Virus record (IMG/VR): IMGVR_UViG_3300027792_000307 | Span: 64,866-128,865 of that record | Length of the DNA stretch: 64,000 bases | Source of the DNA: a virus | Taxonomy: Duplodnaviria > Heunggongvirae > Uroviricota > Caudoviricetes | Direction: 5' to 3' (one strand) | Shown here: positions 58,682-64,000 of the stretch, one piece after another | Layout: every line of letters starts with the position of its first letter | How positions within the stretch are numbered: position 1 is the stretch's first letter | The notes under the pieces: generated by a model | Seen by the model: only the letters and a program-made list of their open reading frames with translations | What the model was told of the DNA's origin: nothing | Databases searched by the model: none | Position numbers and translations under genes: made by a program

Positions 58682-60177
58682 TAAGTTATATTCTCCAATA
58701 TTTCAAGACCAAAGAAGCATCCACCAGCTGGCATATCCATAATATCTATAATTTTCCCCATATTAGTTAAAGTTGATCCACTATATAAATCTGGTTCTAA
58801 TGTACCAAAATAACCAGCACCCATCTGCATAATTACATTATCATTATTAATTCTAACTGTACTCCCAACGTGACCAGCAGCTGGTGCTGATAATGCGTCT
58901 TTATATACATCGTAGATTCCATAACTATTTGTATTCTCATTCCAGTATTGTATAAAACCTGGGTCTCCACAACTAGTAGTTGTAGATTCTCCTGTATATA
59001 GAGGTTTATTGAATAATGTTAATCCATTTCTATGATCTCCCTTTCTACATAAATAACCTGGATATGACATCCCAGAATGTGCAACAATTCTAGAATCTAT
59101 TTCTAATGTATCTACATTTACTTTATAGATATATTGACTACATCCATTTGGAACCCAAGTGTGCTTTGAATTACTACTAGCTCTCTGTATAAATAATCTA
59201 GCGAAGTTATCGGTTGTCCTTCCATTATTTGGTATAGAATCTATCTGACAATAGAGAGCCGTATTTAGATTCAAAGTTTCTATAACTGTATGCTCCCCCC
59301 AACTTCTTCCATTATCTGTAGATACCCTAGTACATAATCTACCAGAGGAAGTATAAAATATTAAAGTCTTATCTTGTACTACAGATATAGCTCTAGAATA
59401 AGTTCCACCTGAAGCTAATGGAGCCTTCAATCTGAAAGATAAATACCATGTACCACTTGGATGTGTACCATCTATTTTATTCGATGATAAATAATAATAA
59501 TCAAAATATCTTGGTCCATAATTCCCAGGACTATATGTGGAGTAATAGTCTGTTAATACCAAAGGTTCTCCATTTGGCATTATATTCATATGCCAAGGAT
59601 TACATTCTCCTTTTGGATTACCAAGACCACCAACCCCTACAAATTTATATGGACCTCCATTACAACTACTAAATACATAAAGAGTCATTGTTTGAGTAAG
59701 ATTTCTTCTTTTTACATTGGTACTACCAACAGTACCACTCCCAGCTGGTTTACCATTTGCAAAGAACCAATAATCCCAACCACCTTTCCAACTATTACAT
59801 GAATTTGGATAGGTATATAGATACATCATAGCCCCATATTCTCTGCCAGAATAAGAATCAAAATCATTTTCAAATAACCCACCTACCCATATCCTATTTT
59901 TGTAATCTCTATGACTCACACCATATGTCATTCTATCCCCACCTATTGGATCACTATTTACTCCATCAAATAATTCAATTTGATCTCCAACAGTTGCACC
60001 ACTGATTATTCTATAAGCTAAACCAACTTGAGAATTGTTTGAACCATCTCTATAGAATATTATAGCTTTATTTCCAAGATATTGTAATTCCGGTACAATA
60101 TAATTATAAATACTTATCCTTCCAGAACCAATGATACGAGTTATATTATTTCCTGCTATCGGTTGTATTATTCTCAT
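58681..60177 (-). CDS. BNR/Asp-box beta-propeller (sialidase-like fold), paralog B
   Basis: Canonical Asp-box VSTDNGRSW; collinear motifs with 56007. Confidence 0.6.
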   Translation of the reverse strand: MRIIQPIAGNNITRIIGSGRISIYNYIVPELQYLGNKAIIFYRDGSNNSQVGLAYRIISGATVGDQIELFDGVNSDPIGGDRMTYGVSHRDYKNRIWVGGLFENDFDSYSGREYGAMMYLYTYPNSCNSWKGGWDYWFFANGKPAGSGTVGSTNVKRRNLTQTMTLYVFSSCNGGPYKFVGVGGLGNPKGECNPWHMNIMPNGEPLVLTDYYSTYSPGNYGPRYFDYYYLSSNKIDGTHPSGTWYLSFRLKAPLASGGTYSRAISVVQDKTLIFYTSSGRLCTRVSTDNGRSWGEHTVIETLNLNTALYCQIDSIPNNGRTTDNFARLFIQRASSNSKHTWVPNGCSQYIYKVNVDTLEIDSRIVAHSGMSYPGYLCRKGDHRNGLTLFNKPLYTGESTTTSCGDPGFIQYWNENTNSYGIYDVYKDALSAPAAGHVGSTVRINNDNVIMQMGAGYFGTLEPDLYSGSTLTNMGKIIDIMDMPAGGCFFGLEILENIT

Positions 60178-60179
60178 AT

Positions 60180-61799
60180 TTAATATACCACCACTTGTGT
60201 AAATGCGTTACCATACTTGTATCCAGTAAATCTAGAATGGCTACCAGAATACATAAATCTTATTTTCATTTGAGAAGCTGCATTACTTTTAGCTAAAGGC
60301 CCGCCTTGTTTTATTGTTGAAGAAGAAGTTTCATAAATCAAAGAGTTATCATCTAGAATTTGAACTCTAATTCCACTAATGGATGCACAACTTGAATTAC
60401 AGCAAGATGCTTGTAAAACATAACAACTTTTTCCTGCTCCGGTATTAAATTGAGTCATATTAAGATAAGTATTTGCGGATAATCTAACATTCGCCACATT
60501 AAATGTCAATGCCGGATATTTATTAGCCCAATCAGTTCCATTCCAAGTTAATACTTGTCCAGATGTCCATCCAGATATAGACGCATCTGTGCAAGAAGAT
60601 ATATAAGTTACTCCACCTTGAGCTGTTTGAGATGACCAGGCACTTTGTGCTTCAATCCAAGTAAGAACTTTTCCTGCCGCAGGTGTCATTATTGCTACAT
60701 CAGTCAAATCTTCTATAGAAATATCAGCAATTTGAGCTTCTATATTAACTTCTCTATCATCCACATACTTCTTATTAGCAGCAGATGATGGCCACAAAGG
60801 AGTAGATAATCCAGATATTGTATTTGCTTGGAGAATAACCTGTCCGCTAAACGCAGAACTCCCAGATATTTCTAATATACTACTTTTTAATCTTACACTA
60901 GATATATTATGAGCTGTTAATGAATTCCCTGATATACCCCCCCAAACTTGTAACCAATATCCAGAAGTGAAACTTGTTGGACTATTGATTGCAATCCCTA
61001 AGTCTGGGTCAATGCTATAACCTAAAATAGTACTATTTCTATGACCCCATATAGAACCACTTCTTATATGGATTCTACGATCATCCCCTCCAATATCCAT
61101 TATGTGCCTATTCCAACAAGAAAATTTAATTTCATCACCTGAAAATTTTATAGAGTTTGGTTGTGATAATCTATCAGAATCTGTGATTAAACTTGTATAT
61201 ATTGTAGTATTTTTTATTGTTCCTCCAGAAATATTCTGAGATGAGACAAACTTTAATCCACTTAATCCATATGTAAAATTAGACCCTATATTCCCTGCCA
61301 AAGAACCGGCAAGAGTTCCACCTGCGGCGTCAATACGTGCATCTATATTCCCAGAAAATGCATCAACCCATGTTTTATTGTATAAATTCGCACTTAATGA
61401 ATATAAAGTATGATTAAAGACATCATTATCTTCTAAATTGTCTAATCTCCCATCAAATCCTGATGAAATAGCAGTTATTTTAGTCCAATTTACATTGGCT
61501 GAACCTGGGAATCTGAATCTTACGTTAGATGAGCCTGCAAATCTTAATATAGCATTTGTGGAAGTAATATAATTTGCGGTATTAAATGAATGAAGAGCCG
61601 TGTTAGCTGAATGTTTATATGAAGCATAACTTAATGAACTTGCTTGAAATCTAAAATGAACATTTGATGAATCTGCATATCTGGTTTTGGAACTCCCAGA
61701 TATATCATCAACATATTTTTTCCTGGCTGCCGCTGAATTGTAAGTCGGATGACTTAATCCTGATATCTCGGACGTACTCATAACTATTGTTGTAGTCAT
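60180..61799 (-). CDS. Modular tail-fibre-like protein, 539 aa
   Basis: Two ISGLxxP...AAxKKYVD motifs; GNIGSNFTYGLSGLKFVSSQNISGG shared with 40430. Confidence 0.65.
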   Translation of the reverse strand: MTTTIVMSTSEISGLSHPTYNSAAARKKYVDDISGSSKTRYADSSNVHFRFQASSLSYASYKHSANTALHSFNTANYITSTNAILRFAGSSNVRFRFPGSANVNWTKITAISSGFDGRLDNLEDNDVFNHTLYSLSANLYNKTWVDAFSGNIDARIDAAGGTLAGSLAGNIGSNFTYGLSGLKFVSSQNISGGTIKNTTIYTSLITDSDRLSQPNSIKFSGDEIKFSCWNRHIMDIGGDDRRIHIRSGSIWGHRNSTILGYSIDPDLGIAINSPTSFTSGYWLQVWGGISGNSLTAHNISSVRLKSSILEISGSSAFSGQVILQANTISGLSTPLWPSSAANKKYVDDREVNIEAQIADISIEDLTDVAIMTPAAGKVLTWIEAQSAWSSQTAQGGVTYISSCTDASISGWTSGQVLTWNGTDWANKYPALTFNVANVRLSANTYLNMTQFNTGAGKSCYVLQASCCNSSCASISGIRVQILDDNSLIYETSSSTIKQGGPLAKSNAASQMKIRFMYSGSHSRFTGYKYGNAFTQVVVY

Positions 61800-61817
61800 A
61801 TTTACCTCTAATTAGAC

Positions 61818-61864
61818 ATATAAGTAGTAATAATAACTAAAAAATGTATTAATACTACTTATAT
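61818..61864. repeat. Inverted repeat/hairpin between two fibre genes
   Basis: ATATAAGTAGTA (61818-61829) and TACTACTTATAT (61853-61864) are perfect 12-bp reverse complements, with 5 further inner pairs after one mismatch. Confidence 0.7.
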
Positions 61865-62752
61865 TTGTGCATGCCAACGGATAACTCTACTTCCAGCTGC
61901 AGTTATAGCAACTGTAAAATTAGTTGCATTTGGGTTATATACGGCATATGCAAATGTTACTAAGCCACTAGGAGTTACATTTATTATATTTGGTATTCCA
62001 GATAAACTATGTGCTATGGCTTTTGAACCGGTAGTTATTGCTGCCCATCCATAATTAGCTGCAAGATAAGAACTTGATATCTTTGCATGGAATGAGTGAG
62101 CTTTTAATGCTTGAGCAGATGCTTTGGCAGGTTTTGCTTGTGTAGTTAATTTTTGAGCTGATGCTGTGTACCAATTATATGCCGCTGAATATTCATTTCC
62201 AGATGACATATAAGTTGCTGCTTGTTTAGCATTACTTGATATTGTTGCATATCCAATAACTTCTATGTCGTTTGCATTTACTTTAATACCTGTACCAGCC
62301 CCAACAGCTATATCTCTTGTTGCTTCTAAAGTTCCTCCGCCAGTTAAACCTACTCCTGCAGTTATAGAAACTGTTGAGTGGTCTATGTGCTCATTTGCCA
62401 CAAAATTCGTAGTTGCATCGTGGTCTACATCTGAACTCTCGTAGAATGCAATTGCTCCAGATGCTTGCCCCTTCTTTGCATTACTTGATATCGTACTGTA
62501 TCCCAAAACACTAATTGTTTGTGCTACGGAACCACTAACTTTAACTGTGGCTGTAAATGGAGTAACCCCAGTTGATGCAGCCAAAGTTTGGAATGCTGCA
62601 CTTTGAATTCCCCCACCAGCTGCCTCTGTTATCCTTCCAGATAGAGCTCCAGAAACAACGTCTAGATAATTACGATTTACTGCACCAGATTTATAGGTTG
62701 GCCATTTAACTCCTGATATTTCATATGCTATAAACGGTATGGTTGTTGTCAT
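61859..62752 (-). CDS. Modular tail-fibre-like protein, 297 aa
   Basis: EISGVKWPTYKSGAVNRNYLD, GY(S/A)TISSNAK x2, C-terminal HSLSGIP...VTPSG. Confidence 0.65.
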   Translation of the reverse strand: MTTTIPFIAYEISGVKWPTYKSGAVNRNYLDVVSGALSGRITEAAGGGIQSAAFQTLAASTGVTPFTATVKVSGSVAQTISVLGYSTISSNAKKGQASGAIAFYESSDVDHDATTNFVANEHIDHSTVSITAGVGLTGGGTLEATRDIAVGAGTGIKVNANDIEVIGYATISSNAKQAATYMSSGNEYSAAYNWYTASAQKLTTQAKPAKASAQALKAHSFHAKISSSYLAANYGWAAITTGSKAIAHSLSGIPNIINVTPSGLVTFAYAVYNPNATNFTVAITAAGSRVIRWHAQI

Positions 62753-62786
62753 TTATTTTTTTTTTTCTCCTTAAAAACATATGGTA

Positions 62787-63998
62787 TTAAGTTGAGGCAT
62801 ACCAATATACATATTTATTGTTTACAGTAGTTAGATTTACATGTATATAACTAGAATCAACCCTTGTTTTAATTCCAAAATTTACATTTCCACTTGGCGT
62901 TACACTCCAGAAGTTTGGCTTTGATGTAAGAGTGTGAGATATGGACCCGCTTCCGCCATATATTTGCTGTAATCCATATGCCCTAGATCTTGATGGAGCA
63001 AATTTTACTATAGCATTACTAGATATTATATCAACATATCTTTTATTTGCAGCTCCAGAATTGAAGTAAGGTTGTCTCAATCCCGATATAGTATCACCTA
63101 TAGCTGTAAAATTAGAAGTTAATATAGTCCCGCTACTTATTTTTGTAGAAGATATGGAGATTAAATTATATATTGACTTTGAATTCCAATCTTTATCTGC
63201 ATTTATTACTAAATCAGATAAATTAGTAACTCCTCCGGTTGCACCAGATTTCTTTGGTTTCCAAGCAGACAAACTTTCATCCCAAATAATTCCAGAGTTT
63301 AACCAAGCGTGAGAATTCCAATTATTTCTCTTAAATGCTGAACTCGCAAGATATTTTGTTAGAGCTGACGAGCTCCCAACATATTTATATTTTATATTTC
63401 CAGATATGATATCTATATATCTCTTAGATGCCGCAGCTGAAGGCCAAATTGGCAGAATTAATCCAGATATTGTATTTGCATTTAAAGATATGGAATTAGC
63501 ATATAATGTACCACCAGAAGTATGTTGGGATGATACATAATTCCACACACCTGTACTAGGTCTAAATCTAGATATTGCTTGTGTACTTCCAATATAATTA
63601 GATATACTAATAACTGCAGCCCCACCTATAACTTGTCTTGTTTGGTCTAAAGAAATTGGACCTGTTGCTGTCAAATTTCCTTTAGTTAAAGCTGGTTCAA
63701 ATTTACCTGTAGAAGTTGAAGCATAAGCTCTAGATAATTTACTGGAAGATAATGTGTACCACGAACCTAGAATAGAACCAGAAGCTTTACCATCTTTAGC
63801 ATTTGATGAGATTGTGGAATAACCAAGTAAAGATATGGATGGTGTCGAATCTACATATTTAAATTCAGAAGTTAACATTCCACCTACAGCATCTTGAGCC
63901 ATCTCGTCTGTATAACCACCAGCACCAGCTATTGAATCATCTACATATTTTTTGTTCGCTAGTTGTCTATCATCTGTCGGTGCATTAAGTTTTGTATA
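62787..63998 (-). CDS. Modular tail-fibre-like protein, 5' end truncated by window edge
   Basis: The frame stays open upstream of the track ATG (YTKLNAPTDDRQLANKKYVDDSIAGAGGYTDEMAQDAVG). Two further ISGL...AAxKRY(I/V)D motifs. Confidence 0.7.
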   Translation of the reverse strand, partial: YTKLNAPTDDRQLANKKYVDDSIAGAGGYTDEMAQDAVGGMLTSEFKYVDSTPSISLLGYSTISSNAKDGKASGSILGSWYTLSSSKLSRAYASTSTGKFEPALTKGNLTATGPISLDQTRQVIGGAAVISISNYIGSTQAISRFRPSTGVWNYVSSQHTSGGTLYANSISLNANTISGLILPIWPSAAASKRYIDIISGNIKYKYVGSSSALTKYLASSAFKRNNWNSHAWLNSGIIWDESLSAWKPKKSGATGGVTNLSDLVINADKDWNSKSIYNLISISSTKISSGTILTSNFTAIGDTISGLRQPYFNSGAANKRYVDIISSNAIVKFAPSRSRAYGLQQIYGGSGSISHTLTSKPNFWSVTPSGNVNFGIKTRVDSSYIHVNLTTVNNKYVYWYAST

Positions 63999-64000
63999 AT

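Noticed and set aside
33463-59802. Short + strand and alternative-frame ORFs in the right half (e.g. 33463, 35099, 36292, 40358, 49277, 51229, 51651, 53232, 54156, 54849, 55149, 55391, 55726, 59448, 59590)
   Set aside because: They overlap long structural genes; no RBS or motif support.
1-64000. tRNA, rRNA, CRISPR array, integrase/transposase, tail sheath, capsid, terminase
   Set aside because: No cloverleaf-like, regularly spaced repeat or diagnostic motif was seen by eye; the longest non-coding stretch is only 263 bp.

Overview
The window looks like part of a large, low-GC tailed-virus (Caudoviricetes-like) genome, split into two convergent halves. Left (1-32738, + strand): one essentially gap-free run of about 47 overlapping ORFs, almost all sugar-synthesis, sugar-modification and glycosyl-transfer enzymes. 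It includes GmhA/HddA/HldE-like heptose enzymes, NeuB/NeuA plus a Maf/CstII-like protein, two stripped-down TPP-enzyme pairs, four radical SAM/SPASM enzymes, a B12 radical SAM, four SDRs, seven SAM methyltransferases, a sulfotransferase and at least eight glycosyltransferase-like genes. No flippase, polymerase, ABC exporter or oligosaccharyltransferase lies in the window. Right (33002-64000, - strand): a siphovirus-like tail module with a 2020-aa TP901-type tape measure, a hub/Tal-like protein with a large insertion, three paralogous Dit-like proteins, at least five modular Ser/Gly-rich fibres, DUF2341/LamG proteins, Asp-box propellers and a glycoside-hydrolase/beta-helix protein. Main hypothesis (inference): a virus-encoded, lipid-carrier-independent system builds unusual methylated, branched or sulfated heptose and nonulosonate glycans and attaches them to the virion. 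The surface proteins are visibly rich in Ser-Gly dipeptides, a candidate O-glycosylation sequon. An archaeal host is suggested (DUF2341 proteins, oligo-T junctions without GC hairpins) but not proven. All family calls come from motif recognition by eye; no database searches were run.
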